This document shows positions 1 through 13,037 of a DNA stretch of 64,000 bases, one piece after another. This stretch comes from Octopus sinensis (Eukaryota). Position 1 is the stretch's first letter. The number at the start of each line of letters is the position of its first letter. A program made the position numbers and the translations under genes. Location of the stretch: contig NC_043017.1 in NCBI RefSeq assembly GCF_006345805.1, forward strand, positions 22,692,001 to 22,756,000. Direction: 5' to 3'. Under the pieces are notes generated by a model. The model saw only the letters and a program-made list of their open reading frames with translations, was not told the DNA's origin and did no database searches.

Positions 1-813
1 GAACCCCTGTTCTATAGGCACAAACCTGAAATATTTTGGAGGAAGGGGCTTAGTTGATTATATTGACACCGATACTAGACTGGTATGTAATTCACTGACC
101 CTGAAAGGTCGAAGGGCAAATAATAATAATAAAAGTAATGATGCTAGTTTTAAAAAACCAGCTTTTACTATACTTTGATTGAGTAGTATCATTGTTTCAT
201 GACAGTGGTCACACGGGCAAATATAATAGCTTCAGTTGTTGTTACCATAACAATATCATCTACTGAGTCCGCAGTTGAAAATTCATGTGAAGTGGCAAGG
301 CAGATGTGAGAGAAAGAGAATGGTAATTTATAATTTATATATAAATTACCATTAAATCATATATGATTTAATACATTATTGAGGGAGGGAATAGGAGACA
401 GGAAGATTCCAGCACTTTGCTTAGTGAATTAAAAACTGATTACTTTTAGTATCATTATGGAAATATATATTGATAAATTGATTATATTAATTGGCCTGTC
501 AATTAGGCTGATTGGTCAATTGATTTAATATTATATTTAGGGGAAAATAAAATGTGAAGAAGGGAATTGTCTTTACTATCAACTTAACACCTCTCCAAAC
601 CCCACAGTCCCATGAGATAACCCTTAGCAATACATATTGCCATCTTTAAAGCCCAAACAGGCTGACATTTTGTCTCTGACCCAGCAATTTTCGGTAGACC
701 TATTCATTAATTAAGTGCCAGGAATATTTATTTCTCCCAAAACACAAGTCCCCAGAGAAATATCAAGAGAGTGAATTATAGCCCATTTCAGTCATCTTTC
801 TTCAGTTTCTGTT

Positions 814-886
814 TCAAGGTTTCTTGGCCATGACATTAGCATAGCGGGGATTGTTATAAATACCTTTCAGCCAACCAATATATTTA
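814..886 (-). CDS. Candidate terminal coding exon, (S/R)KYIGWLKGIYNNPRYANVMAKKP-stop; product unknown
   Basis: Pyrimidine-rich acceptor tttcttttattctctctgcaaacAG followed by an open phase-2 frame to TGA. KYIGWL loosely recalls trypsin-family C-termini, but no other protease motif was found. Could be chance. Confidence 0.22.
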
Positions 887-979
887 CTGTTTGCAGAGAG
901 AATAAAAGAAACGAGGGCCAGGAAGCATCAATGTTTAAAATGGTTAATGAATTGGCAAACACAAAAATGTGCTTCAGTG

Positions 980-1010
<31 letters not shown>

Positions 1011-1298
1011 GAAATGTTGGAAAAGTAAATGCTGAGACGTTAAGAGTAATTGTTTTCTGAATTGTGAATTATTGTGGGAATAAATACTGTAAAAGCAGGA
1101 AAGTTTTATTGTACATCTATATTCAAATTTAATTCTGACAATAAATAAACTGTTATGCGATAATTTGTCCCTGCTTAATTTATGAATGCTTTTTGATGCC
1201 GTCAGGTGCTCAGCTGGTTTGAAACTTTCGGTGCTTTCACCACAGCAGACAAAGAACTGCTTAGAAATAACCACATACACATATAGATATATGAGAGA

Positions 1299-1520
1299 GA
1301 GCTGGCAGAAACGTTAGCATGCCGGGTGAAATACGTTGCCGTATTTTGTCTGCCGTTACGTTCTGAGTTCAAATTCCGCCGAGGTCGACTTTGCCTTTCA
1401 TCCTTTTGGGGTCAATAAATTAAGTACCACTTACGCACTGGGGTTGATTTAATCGACTTAATCCGTTTGTCTGTCCTTGTTTGTCCTCTCTGTGTTTAGC
1501 CCCTTGTGGGTAGTAAAGAA
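1299..1520 (+). mobile_element. SINE family B, near full length, with 16-bp TSD
   Basis: tRNA-like head (GGCAGAAACGTTAGC, GAGTTCAAATTCC), core GACTTTGCCTTTCATCC...AAGTACC, 3' end GGGTAGTAAAGAAATA. ATAGATATATGAGAGA at 1283-1298 and 1521-1536. Confidence 0.9.
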
Positions 1521-1592
1521 ATAGATATATGAGAGAAAGAGAGTTGTGAGAGAGAGAGAGTGGGAGACATGCATACAGAACACAAATGACTG

Positions 1593-1631
<39 letters not shown>

Positions 1632-2565
1632 AGTGTATATGTTTGACTGTGAGTGTGGATGTGTGAGAGACAAAAAGACATGCAAAACACATGCAGAACA
1701 CATGCACAATATGTGTTTGTATGTATATGTGTGTATAAGAGAGAGAGAGACTGACAGACAGACAGAGACAGGGACAGAGACATTCAAGGCACACACGTGC
1801 ACAATCCTCATTATTGACTATTCGTCTTTGTATATATTAACCTATTTATCATTTCTCAAAAGACTGTGTCTATTGTGGCTGACATCTCCATCAATGCACA
1901 CCAACAAACAAACTTCATTTTCTGTCTAAATTCGCAACAGCCTCGCACAAGGCATCAAAAGCTATAATCCTGTAATGGCAATTTAGCGCTCAATGATAGA
2001 TACAAAATTCTCAAGACAACAAAATCTCAAATACAAAATTCCCTGAAATTCTAAATGATACATAGCTAAAGTGATTGCGTTTCCCACAAATGAATGACTT
2101 ACAATTTCCAACGTCTAATAAATAAAAAATTAAGTCCTTATAAAGCAGCAAAATTGCACCACAATAAATAGGTCTCCTTTCCATGACCTGAGAATACAGT
2201 CAATAATATGTCTAGTGGATGTCAAACTTCAAGCTCTAAACCAATCAAACGTCACATTAAAATTTCAAACTCTCGTTACTTTCACTAATCCATCTGCTTT
2301 ACACTCCAACAATAGTGTTACCCAATTTATTGACTTGAGAAGGACGAAGACTGTGTTAACCTACAGCTGAAGTCTCATCAATAACTTATTACCGGCATGT
2401 GTGAATAGCTAGACTTTCTTGATTATGCAACCCATCTATTAAATATATAAAAGTTGATAGAAGAGGAATAAAAGTGAGATAATTTGCAAGGAGGAGTGAA
2501 ATGTCCAACGTTTCAGACACTTGTCCTTAATTGCATAGCTCTACTAAACAGAAAACATGTACACA

Positions 2566-2598
<33 letters not shown>

Positions 2599-3112
2599 TG
2601 TAATCTTTTGCTGAAACAGAAGTATCTTTTACTCCTACTTATACTTTTCCCTATAATTTTTCACAAATATAATCATAAATAAATATTGCAGTCTGTCGGG
2701 GTTTAAAGTTTAACATTTCACTTTGTACTATGGCTTTTATTGGCTCAGTTCACTCACCCGTAAAACAGGTACTGGAAGCTGCAACAGAACTATTTAATAA
2801 GCAAATGTTTCATTAGTCAGCAATATTAGACTTCTCTTCTTGCTGGAGTAATCTGTCACAGTTTATGATTCTTTCTAGGAGTAAAGATACCATGGATTAG
2901 GAGGAACACAGCTAAATCACTTGTTAGCTTATCAACCAATCGACACGAGTTTGGCAATCTTCAAATGGCTTGCTTCGTATAGTAAGGAAATTTTCATTTT
3001 GCATATTTGAATGTGTGTGTGTGTGTGTGTGTGAATATACATAAACACACATACAAGCACTTTGCTATAGAAATATATACATTTATATCAGACATACATT
3101 CACACTGCTGTA

Positions 3113-3640
3113 TCATCATCATCATCATCATTTAGCGTCCGCTTTCCATGCTAGCATGGGTTGGACGGTTTAACTGGGGTCTGTGAATCCAGAAGGCTGC
3201 ATCAGGCCCAGTCTGATCTGGCAGTGTTTCTACGGCTGGATGCCCTTCCTAACGCCAACCACACAGTGAGTGTAGTGGGTGCTTTTTACGTGCCACCCGC
3301 ACAGGTGCCAGATGGAGCTGGCAAACAGCCACGGATGGATGGTGCTTTTTACGTGCCACCAGCACAGAGGCCAGTCGGGGCAGCGCTGGCAACGACCACG
3401 ATCAGATGGTTCGCTTACTTGTCACCGGCACTGGTATCACAGTTGCAATTTCCATTGATGTTGATCAACTTCAATTTTGGTTCTGCTTTCTGATATCTGA
3501 TTTGATTTGGTTTGATTTTGATTTTGATTTTGATTTTGATTTTCACTTGCCTCAACGGGTCTTCACAAGTGGAGTTTTGTGTCCCAAGAAGGAAAGGTAT
3601 GTATAAGTCGACTGGCTACATACCAGGTAGAGGCCACGGG
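3113..3640 (-). mobile_element. Family C retroposon ((GAT)n tail, RTE-type 3' end) with 5' extension
   Basis: (CAT)n then TTTAGCGTCCGCTTTCCATGCTAGCATGGGTTGGACGG...GATGCCCTTCCTAACGCCAACC; about 13 related copies in the window. Confidence 0.85.
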
Positions 3641-3656
3641 TTATGGTCTCACTAAT

Positions 3657-3883
3657 GTTTCTTTACTACCCACAAGGGGCTAAACATAGAGGGAACAAAC
3701 AAGGACATACAAACGGATTAAGACGATTAAATTGACCCCAGTGCTTAACTGGTACTTAATTTATCGACCCCGAAAGGATGAAAGGCAAAGTCAACCTCGG
3801 CGGAATTTGAACTCAGAACGTAATGGCAGACGAAATACGGCTACGCATTTCGCCCGGCGTGCTAAAGGTTCTGCCAGCTTGCC
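3657..3883 (-). mobile_element. SINE family B, full length
   Basis: Reverse complement of the 1299-1520 element. Confidence 0.9.
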
Positions 3884-4310
3884 GCCTTTATCTGTAACTA
3901 TATATACCCACACACACTCACTCTCAAACACTTTGCTTTAGAGACAGCTTTAGATACAATTATATTATTGATTCAGAAATATACTAAAATTCTTAACAAA
4001 ACAACAACTGGTTTGAAATCCTAAAATAATATAGAAAATACTGGAGACCTTATCAGGCTGCAAAATCAGTATGTATTTGTATCAGACCAGAATTTTCCAA
4101 AAATGACAACTGCCTGGAAGTCATTCCCCACTCTGTTCAGAGCATGCATGCTGGAAATTTGAAGACAGGAAAATGCATTCACTTTTTATTTTTTAATTCC
4201 GAAAGCTGTACTCCAGAGAGGGTTGTCTCTCTTGTCATCTACTGATTGCCTGTTACATACAACCATGCACATACACACTCATCCAAAACAGGCATTAAAA
4301 AGTAATGATG

Positions 4311-4632
4311 CCATATATATATGCATAAATCTCTCTCTCTCTATATATATATATGTATAAATATACATATGTATATATATATGTATAAATATATATATGT
4401 ATAAATATATATATATATATATATATATGTATAAATATATATATGTATATATATATGTATAATATATGTATATATATATATATAAATATATATATGTATA
4501 TATATATGTATAAATATATATATATATATAATATATATATATATGAAAATATACATATGTATGTATTTATGTATGCATATATATATATATATAATATATA
4601 TATATATAAATATATATATGTATATATATATG

Positions 4633-4674
<42 letters not shown>

Positions 4675-4737
4675 TATATATATGTATATATATATGTATA
4701 AATATATATATATATATTATATATATATATATATATG
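4311..4737. repeat. Compound (TA)n / TATG / TAAA microsatellite
   Basis: Direct reading; source of the YIYIY ORFs. Confidence 0.95.
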
Positions 4738-5414
4738 CACACTCACGCACTAATGGGGTGATGGAGTGCAAGAAATGAGGAGAGAATGAGGGAGGTAAGG
4801 AAAGCAAGACAGCAGGAAATTTGGGGAAAATATCTTGGAACTCCCAAAGGGTTTTAGCATACTTTTGAGAAGAGAAAAATTGAGGTAAAAATCGTTTTTG
4901 CACGCTAAATTTCATTCCTCTCAAATATAGTTTTCCTCTTAATTGATCTGGGCTTTGTCATCCATGAGCTCTAACTTAATATAACTAGCTTAATATACCA
5001 ATAAATAAAAGATTAGAGTTAATTTACCTAAACCCTCTGCAGGTTTTAGATCTCTCTGAAAATTAATTGAAACCCATTATCGGCAATCTATTTCTTCTTA
5101 GAAATATTGTCATGAAAGGGTTAATGTACAAACACGAAATGTTTCGGGAGAAGATTTGGTTGCATGATTCTTCGAATTAAATTGCACTTTCTAAATAGGT
5201 ATCTCCCTACATTCCATCTATTCTAAGCAACCTAAGCAAACAGTATAAGATACATAACATAATTTAAGTAAATAAAGTAACATGGATAATAAAAGGAAAT
5301 GAGCTGTCAACCAAACAGATTGATGAGCACTCGATCCATATCTCAGCATAAATGCTGTACTGGGACTTTTGACAGGATACTTAAATCAAACTCGCCTGCT
5401 TTTAACCAGGCTGA

Positions 5415-5816
5415 AATTAAGTGACAGAGATGTTTTACAACAGATTTGCAAATCTTGGTAAAAGGTGAAGTGCATATTGATTTTTGAGAGGGCATTGATA
5501 TAGATGGTAGTAAATGTGTAGATAAAATAAAGGGACATTAGGTACAAGCATAGCTCAGTGGTTAGAAAGTTTGCTTCGCAATCACATATAGTTCTGGGTT
5601 CAAGCCCATCTTGAATTAAGTGACAGAGATGTTTTACAACAGATTTGCAAATCTTGGTAAAAGGTGAAGTGCATATTGATTTTTGAGAGGACACTGATAT
5701 GGATGGTAGTAAATGTGTAGATAAAATAAAGGGACATTAGGTACTACAAGCATAGCTCAGTGGTTAGGAAGTTTGTTTCACAATCACATATAGTTCTGGG
5801 TTCAAGCCCCATCTTA
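5415..5816. repeat. Tandem duplication of a 199-bp unit, each copy ending in a tRNA-like SINE head
   Basis: AATTAAGTGACAGAGATG... starts at 5415 and 5614; about 6 substitutions and 2 small indels between copies. Confidence 0.95.
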
Positions 5817-6590
5817 AGCAAATGTCATCGACTACGGCTTTAGATTGTCTAACATACTGTGGGCGAAATGTGGCAGAAAGAAATTATACAAAATTCCTTT
5901 CTGTGTGTGTGTGTGTGTTGTGTGTGTGTGTGTGTGCGTGCATGTACATTTGTGTGTGTGTGTATGTGTGTGTGCATGCATGCATGATTGTCTCTGTGTG
6001 TGTGTGTGTGTGAATTAGAGCGTTCAACTTTTGTAGGAGTTAATTTACAATGTATAGGGTGTCTTTGGCATTTTAAACCTGGAAAAGAATATCTCTCTTC
6101 ATTTTGAGCAAAGAAAATGAGAATGCAAAAGAGAGAGAAGAAGAATCAATTACTGTGTATGACTAGTATTCTATTTATTGTCATGTTTGTGTGTGGGTGT
6201 GTGTGTTTGTCCCCCATCACCACTTGACAACTGGTGTTGGCATGTATATGTTCCCATAACTTAGCAGTTTGGCAAAATAGGCCAAAAGAATAAGTACTAG
6301 GCTCTGATGGGTTTCAATACAGTTTCCATCTCCCCAAGTTTCACCAACAAGGCTGTAAGTCACTCTTAGGTTGTAGAAAATGACATTTTTCCCAAGATGC
6401 CATGCAGTAGGATTAAAACCAGGGCTTTGAAACCATTCAGCTAAACTGTGACCACAGAAACCACTACAATCCCATATTTCAGAAGGATCACCATCATTTG
6501 ACTATGAGAATTTAGTTGTTCAATCAACTGAGTTACTGTCCCTGAATTAATATGCATGTGGCCTAGTATTCCACACACATGTAGCCTTAA

Positions 6591-7033
6591 CATTAAGTGT
6601 CTAAACTTGTCATATCTGGCCCAGATATTCTACCTGTGTTACATTAAAACAGGCCAGATCTGGCCTCTCCCATCTACCCTACAATTTCATTCTACAAATA
6701 AACAATCGCATTATCAAAATATTGAAGCTATGACATAATGCATGATTAATTCAAAACACATCTGAATAAATAAGCATTACATTTAACAGAATAATCTGAA
6801 TGCTTTAGGGTTAACCCTTAGCATTTTGCAGGCCATATCTAGCCTGACTGTTCTATTTGTTTTATGTTCAAACCGACCACATCCGGCCTTTTTCCCCTAA
6901 CCTGCAATGTCATTCTAAAAATTAATCAATTACATTATCAAAATCTCACAGTTTTGAAGTAATGCATAATTAATTCAAAAGAATGTGAATAAACAAGTTT
7001 CACATTTCACAGACTAAGCTGAATAATTAAGGG
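6591..7033. mobile_element. Two adjacent TTAA-flanked MITEs (piggyBac-like) sharing one TTAA
   Basis: TTAA at 6587-6590, 6811-6814 and 7034-7037; family termini CCCTTTAGCATT / AATGCTAAAGGG, degenerate here. Confidence 0.75.
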
Positions 7034-7818
7034 TTAATGAAGTTCCAGGTAGAATCAGCATGGCATATTCTGTGACTAGGTTGTGCCGCTTTTAAATTAC
7101 AACTACAATCCCACTGACAGGTTTCCATACAGTTTCCATCTGCCCATTTTCACTCACAAGGCTATAGAAAATGATACTTGCCCATGATATCCTGCATTGG
7201 TATGAAGTCGAAGGCCTTGAGTTTACAAAATGAACTTCTTTACCATTCGGCCGAAACTGCGCCTACTATTACAACAATAATTCTCAATTAAATTACTATT
7301 AGAACTTTGCCATCACCATAGCTTTAAATCCATTTGTTCATTTGGCTGGAAGTTTAGATCATGAACTGGACGGAAGCATTGTTAAGATTGTTTCTAGAGA
7401 TGAATGCAGTAGCTTGTATATAATGAACAGTTAGTTATTCATTAGACTTTCGATAATTTTGCCAAGTGAAGCTGCAATGATAGAAATAGCTTTGCTGCAA
7501 TGATAGAAATAGCTTTGCTGCAATGCCCATGAGTCTAAGACTTGCATGTCAATCAACTAATTTACAACAGTATTACAACTATAATAATAGTATTTATTAT
7601 CTAAATATATAAAGTTAATATATCTGTGTGTAAATGCAGGCATTGCAGTGTGATTGGTAGGTTTGCTTCTCAAACACAGTTTAAGGTTTAGTTCAGTTCT
7701 ACTGCATGAAACACCTAGAGCAAGTGTCTTCTGCTGTAACCCCAGGTGAATGTAAGCCTTATGAGTGGATTTGGTAGATGAGAATTAAAAGATGCTAAGT
7801 GTGTGTATGTATGTTTTA

Positions 7819-8254
7819 AAAGTAAAAGTAAAGTTCCCTTCTCGAGTCATACCAACTCACAAGTGCCGGTTTCTCGGTTTCATGACGTATATATTCCCCA
7901 CCTGGATGGGATGCTGGTCCATCGCAGGATTACTCATTTTCGCCAGCTGAGTGAACTGGAGCACATGAAATGAAGTGTCTTGCTCGAGAACACAATGTGT
8001 TGCCTGGTCCAGGAATCAGAACCACAATCTTACAATCATGAGTCCAAATACCTATTTCTTTATTACCCACAAGGGGCTAAACATAGAGGGGACAAACAAG
8101 GACAGACATAGGTAGTAAGTCGATTACATAGACCCCAGTGCGTAACTGGTACTTAATTTATCGACCCCGAAAGGATGAAAGGCAAAGTCGACCTCAGCGG
8201 AATTTGAACTCACAACGTAACGAGAGACGAAATACCCTAACCACATGCCTCCAC
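7819..8254 (-). mobile_element. SINE family E (CORE-like), interrupted by a family B body
   Basis: GCCAGCTGAGTGAACTGGAGC...GTGTCTTGCTCGAGAACAC resembles the reverse complement of a CORE-type domain; head resumes at 8237 CTAACCACATGCCTCCAC. Confidence 0.75.
8053..8229 (-). mobile_element. Head-less SINE B body nested in SINE E, flanked by AAATACC (GGTATTT on the SINE strand)
   Basis: AAATACC at 8046-8052 and 8230-8236. Confidence 0.9.
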
Positions 8255-9253
8255 TGTGTGTATTTTGACATTACATGATATTTGTAGCAAGCGTCACTTT
8301 GTCATACAAGCAGAGTCAATTTCCAGTCATTCATGAAAATATGTCCAGCTAAGAGAAATATAACCTTACTTGTAAAAAAAGTGATATTTGGTAACAGGAA
8401 CAGCGTCTGGCCATAGAAAATCTGCTTCAACAAGTGGTGTTTTAGTTAACCAACCTCAAAATGATGCCAAGCAAAGTTGACTTCAGCACAATTTGAACTC
8501 AGAATGTAATGAGACAAAAGAAATGCTACAAAGCATTTTGTCCAGTGTATTAATGATTCTTCCAGCAAGCCATCATAATATTTTTTTAAATGGTCATAAT
8601 GATTATTCTTCGTATTGTGGGCACAACACCTTGAATTTGGGTAACCTCAGTACTCAACTGATAATTATTTTACTGGCTCTGAAAGGACAAAAAGCAAAGA
8701 TGATCTTTACAGAATTTCAGAAGAAATGACACTAAGCATTTTGTCCAATGTACCAGGGATTTTTCCAGCTAGCTGCTATAATAAAAATAATAATAACGAG
8801 CTTGTTGTACACTATGCCCAGGTGCACTTCAACTTTTAAAAGAGACATTAGAAAGTAGACATATAAATCAAGTAATGCCAAAAGTACATGCACAGTAGAG
8901 AGAATAAAAAAGGGAACATTAAAAGAGTCATAAAGAATTTATCTATGGTATGTTTGCATGTTCTAAATTGTGGCATGCTAGTGCCATATGGAAAGCACCT
9001 GGCACACACTGTAAAGTGGTTGGCATTGTGAAGGGCATCCAGCCATAGAAACCAAGCCAAATCAGACTGGAACCTGATGCAACTCTCTGGTTTGCCAGCT
9101 CTAGCCAAACCGTCCAACCCATGCCAGCATAGAAAATGGATGTTGAAAGATAATGATGATGATGAAGATGAGTTTTGCATATAAGTAGCTGAAATTCTGC
9201 ATAGGGCTCCAACTTTTAATGAAGTCATTTTACTGAAATTTTTTGATTAATAG

Positions 9254-9346
9254 CACCTGCCAGAAAAACCAAAAATGCTGTTTACTCCAAAGTGGAGCAA
9301 TATGTTGGAAAATCTACAGATAAGAAAAATAGCACAAAATACTACG
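9254..9346 (+). CDS. Candidate internal exon (93 nt); two open frames: PARKTKNAVYSKVEQYVGKSTDKKNSTKYY or HLPEKPKMLFTPKWSNMLENLQIRKIAQNTT
   Basis: ttttttgattaatAG acceptor, ACG/GTAAAT donor, non-repetitive sequence; no homology recognised. Confidence 0.25.
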
Positions 9347-9699
9347 GTAAATTAGCAGGACTAATTTGGAAAGATAAAACTCATGTTTTAAAATTATGAG
9401 CTTATTGCATACAGTACTCAGGTACAAAATTATCAGAAAAGGGTAAAAAAAAAAAGGGTTAAAAAGGCAATAATAAGTCAAGTACAAAAGACAACAATGA
9501 GAGCCAAGAGTACAAAGAATAAAATACAAGAATGAAAAGGGTGTATGGGCATGTCAGGAATAGTGTTGACAAATTCTGGAAAGCATGGAATTTTTTAAGG
9601 ATATGATGTATTGATAACAAATAACTACCAGTGCAGATAATTTATTCCATGCCTCGACAATTCTAAAATGTAAGAGTGAAATTTTATTTCAAGATCTGT

Positions 9700-9850
9700 C
9701 TTTGTTTTTTGTTCGTTAAGTTTTTGTTTTTTGCTTTTGTTTTTTTTTTGTTTGTTTTTTTTGTCCGTTAACTTTTTGTTTCTTGCTTTTGTTTTGTTTT
9801 TTTGTTTTTTTTTTGCTTTTTGGTTTTTGTTTTTTTGTTTTTTTTCTGGG
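9700..9850. repeat. T-rich low-complexity tract, (TTTTTG)-like
   Basis: Direct reading. Confidence 0.9.
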
Positions 9851-10491
9851 GTGGTTTTGTGCATTTTTATGAAACTCAACTTGAACTGTTTTCTAAATTG
9901 CTTGGAAGCAGCAGTTCTGAGTGAATCAACATTTTTCATTAGTTTCGCATTTATTCCACCCACCCCCCACCACCACCACCCCACCAATTCACTTCTACCA
10001 AACCTTCCCTCTTTCTTTCCTTAACCACCTCTTCCTCCTGTGTTGTGGACATGTCTTACTCTATACATACGTCCATGCATTCATATATGCGTATGCATAT
10101 ATTTACACGTTTATGTCAGCCTCATTCTATCTTATACTAACAATTACTACTTCTTGTTTATTTACGTATCCTTTTCTTCACTTTTACTCTACTTACACAT
10201 GTAAATATATGTACCTACACATACGTCTGTTGTATCTATGTACATACACATTCTTCTAACTTCCCGTTCTTTTTTTTTTCTTGTCAGTCCATTAACTTGT
10301 CATCAACATTATTATGCCAATGCATGTTGTCTTTGCTTTCCTCTTTTATATTTTTTTTTCTCATACTCCTCAACCTCACTCACAAAGTTCCACCACACAT
10401 CACTGCTCCTCACAGAAAGTCCCTGCTCAAGACATCAGAACTCAATTCATTTATGCCACTTAAACTTAAATTATTTTATCGACCACATTAA

Positions 10492-10711
10492 CCTTTTAAT
10501 GTTCAGATTATTCTGCCAAATACTCTGCTTATTTATTCACATTGTTTCTAATTAATCAAGCATTATCGCACAGCTTTGAGATTTCAATGATGTGATCGTT
10601 TATTCTTAAAATAACATTGTAGGACAGGTGTGAGAGGCTGGATCTGGCTAGGTTGAACATAAAACAGCAAGGATATTTGGGTCTGATATGGCCAGTTTAA
10701 ATCTTAAAAGG
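10492..10711. mobile_element. TTAA-flanked MITE, same family as 6591-7033
   Basis: TTAA at 10488-10491 and 10712-10715; shared internal GGTGTGAGAGGCTGGATCTGGC. Confidence 0.8.
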
Positions 10712-13037
10712 TTAATAGAATTTCAAACTTTAGGCCAATGTGCTGTGCCTTAAGCAAGGTCCTCTATTTCCTCTCATTTACCTCTTTTGCCAAAGTGATA
10801 AGTTATGGGGACATAAATACACCAACACCAGTTGTCAAACAGTGGGGAATGGGGGGCAAACACAAAAACAAGGACACACATAAATAGTGCCACATAGAAA
10901 GCATTCATGGCAGTGCCACATATAAACGCACCAAGTACACTCTGTAAAGTGGTTGGTGTTAGGAAGGGCATCCAGCAATAGAAACCATGCCAAATCAGAC
11001 TGCAGTGTGGTACAGCTCTCCAGCTTGCAAGCCCTGGTCAAACCATCCAACCCATTACCAGCATGAACAACCGACGTCATATAATGATGATGATATGACA
11101 TGCTTCTTTCAGTTTCCATCAGCCAAATCCACTCACAAGGCTTTGGTCAGCCTTTGGCTATAGAAGACATTTGCCCAAGGTGCCATACAGTGGGACTGAA
11201 CCCAGATCCATGTGGTTGGGAATCAAACTTCTTACCACACAGTCTCGCCTGCACTTAGTATATAATTTGAAATACTCTAAATGAATTCCAAAGATACTTC
11301 TACTTTTTCTATTTTCTTTGTTTTTAACTAAATTCTTATACATTGCAAAGCAAATTGAAACTTGTAGTTGAATATGTCACCAGAAAGCTTTCAGAACATT
11401 AGAATTTGCATGTCATTTTTGCAAAAGCAACACACTGATATTACACACTGTTGTTTTAATTTTAAAATCATGTGCAGGTAGTAGCAAGAAGTGACACATT
11501 TTGCAACCTGCTGATATCAAACTCTTCACATCATTGCCTTCAAATATTTCTCATGTCACTGCAATTTGTTTTGGGAAGTATTTTGTTGTTTTATATTTTT
11601 GTTCTTTTTTTTTAAATCTTGCACAACAATTTTTTTTACTTAAGTTGTTTTTTTTTCTGGGTTGTATATTTTTGATTTTTTTTTTTTTGCTTCAAACCTA
11701 AAGCTACTAGCCATAAAGGCAACACAGAGATGCAATTGAAACACCTTACTTCATCATCATTAAAAAAAGACAACCTTTGACAAGAATTATCAAAAGGCAA
11801 TGTGAAAAAAAAAAAAAACGGAAAGTTATCACAAAACAGTAGAAAGATAAAAGGAACAAGAAATAAAAAAAAATAAAAACAAAGAAAATAAAAAGAAATC
11901 CAATTTTTTTTTTTAATCAAACCAATTTTATCAAAAATGGTAGCTTTGATTTTTGAACTAAATTATTCAAAGCAAGGGAAATTAGTATTTAGAGTGCTGG
12001 TGACTTGTATCAAAAATGGGGAAGAGGATACAATATTGATAAAATTTTGTTACGCTATTATCTTTTTCTCCGATGCCTTTAGGAAACTCATGTTTTACTC
12101 AGTGTGCCATTCCAATGATACAATTCCTCAACTGAAAAACGACCACACCTCATTGCAAAATAGAACCAGGCAGCAAAGAAGAAAAAAAAACAATAAAACA
12201 AGTTAAGTGAGAACTAGTGAGTTTATAATAAGAGACTAAAATCAAATAACCAACTTCCAGAATTGCTGACCTGTGTTTCAATACTAGGATTCGCATTGAT
12301 AGGAAAAAAAGAAAAAGAAAAAACATTAAGTGATGGTACTCTTAACGTGCTGTTGTCAAAGGGAAATTTTTTGAAAACCAGAATAACAAAGGAAATGTTA
12401 GGATAAAAATTTTGAATGTTTGCTAACTTGACTGTTTTTATTATTATTTTTTAGCATTTTCATTTTTTTTTTTAATCTTTAATTCTTTACCATTCCAAGA
12501 TCCATTTAGTTAATCAAAGCTTAAGAAATAATTTAATACCCAGATCAACATAAGGAATAAAGGTACAGCAGATGAATTTCTGGTACTTTTCTTAGAAATA
12601 TACCAGTTAAACCCTATTTAATCTGGTTGAACTTGCACTAACCATTAAAATGTTTTGTTTTGTTTGGGGTTTTTTTTAATATAAACAACAAGAATCCTTA
12701 GATTCTATTATTCTTCGCTATTTTGCTACAAATTTGACTGCATGCTTACAGTTCACTGGAAAATTAATCCAAGATCTAACTGCTGAGATGAAATAAGAAA
12801 ACTTAATGAGATTAAGAAATCTTTTTAGGCAATCGATAGGTTGGAGTACAGTTAAAACCGAAAATCATTCGATTCTTATTCTTTCTAATTAACTAAATAT
12901 TTTACCAATTCTAATTATATTAATACAAACTGAAACCTTTTGAAAATTCTGATTGCATTTTATAGTCTAAGACTTGCAAAATTTTATATTGATGTTACTG
13001 TTTCCCCTAGGTCAGCCTGATCCTGTTCTTTTAAGGC

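Noticed and set aside
814-886. Assignment of the terminal exon candidate to a trypsin-like protease
   Set aside because: No TAAHC or GDSGGP coding sequence was found on the minus strand by eye, so no gene name is given
2500-2545. Minus-strand GGACA-AG-TGTCT-GAAACGTT hammerhead half
   Set aside because: No recognisable CUGANGA core or stem I partner; at most a decayed relic
2770-2990. Protein-like fragments on the minus strand (IRSKPFEDCQTRVD, LERIINCDRLLQQEEK)
   Set aside because: Multiple stops and frame changes, and no family I can name; possibly an old transposon relic
3732-3941. Recurrent ORFs RPRKDERQSRPRRNLNSE, TDRISTGLTKNKSRGR, LHQAPV and RGYSRRHLPK at many loci
   Set aside because: They are frames through SINE families A, B and C, not a protein family
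4295-4924. Long ORFs rich in YI, HT, CV or poly-I (also 21126-21770, 22944-24396, 25774-26368, 48894-49310, 52050-52507)
   Set aside because: They are translations of (TA)n, (CA)n, (TG)n and (ATT)n microsatellites, which lack stops in some frames
5548-5610. tRNA-like sequence GCATAGCTCAGTGGTTAG...GGTTCAAGCCC
   Set aside because: Acceptor and anticodon stems do not pair; it is a SINE head, not a tRNA gene. The same holds for the other A/B-box hits.
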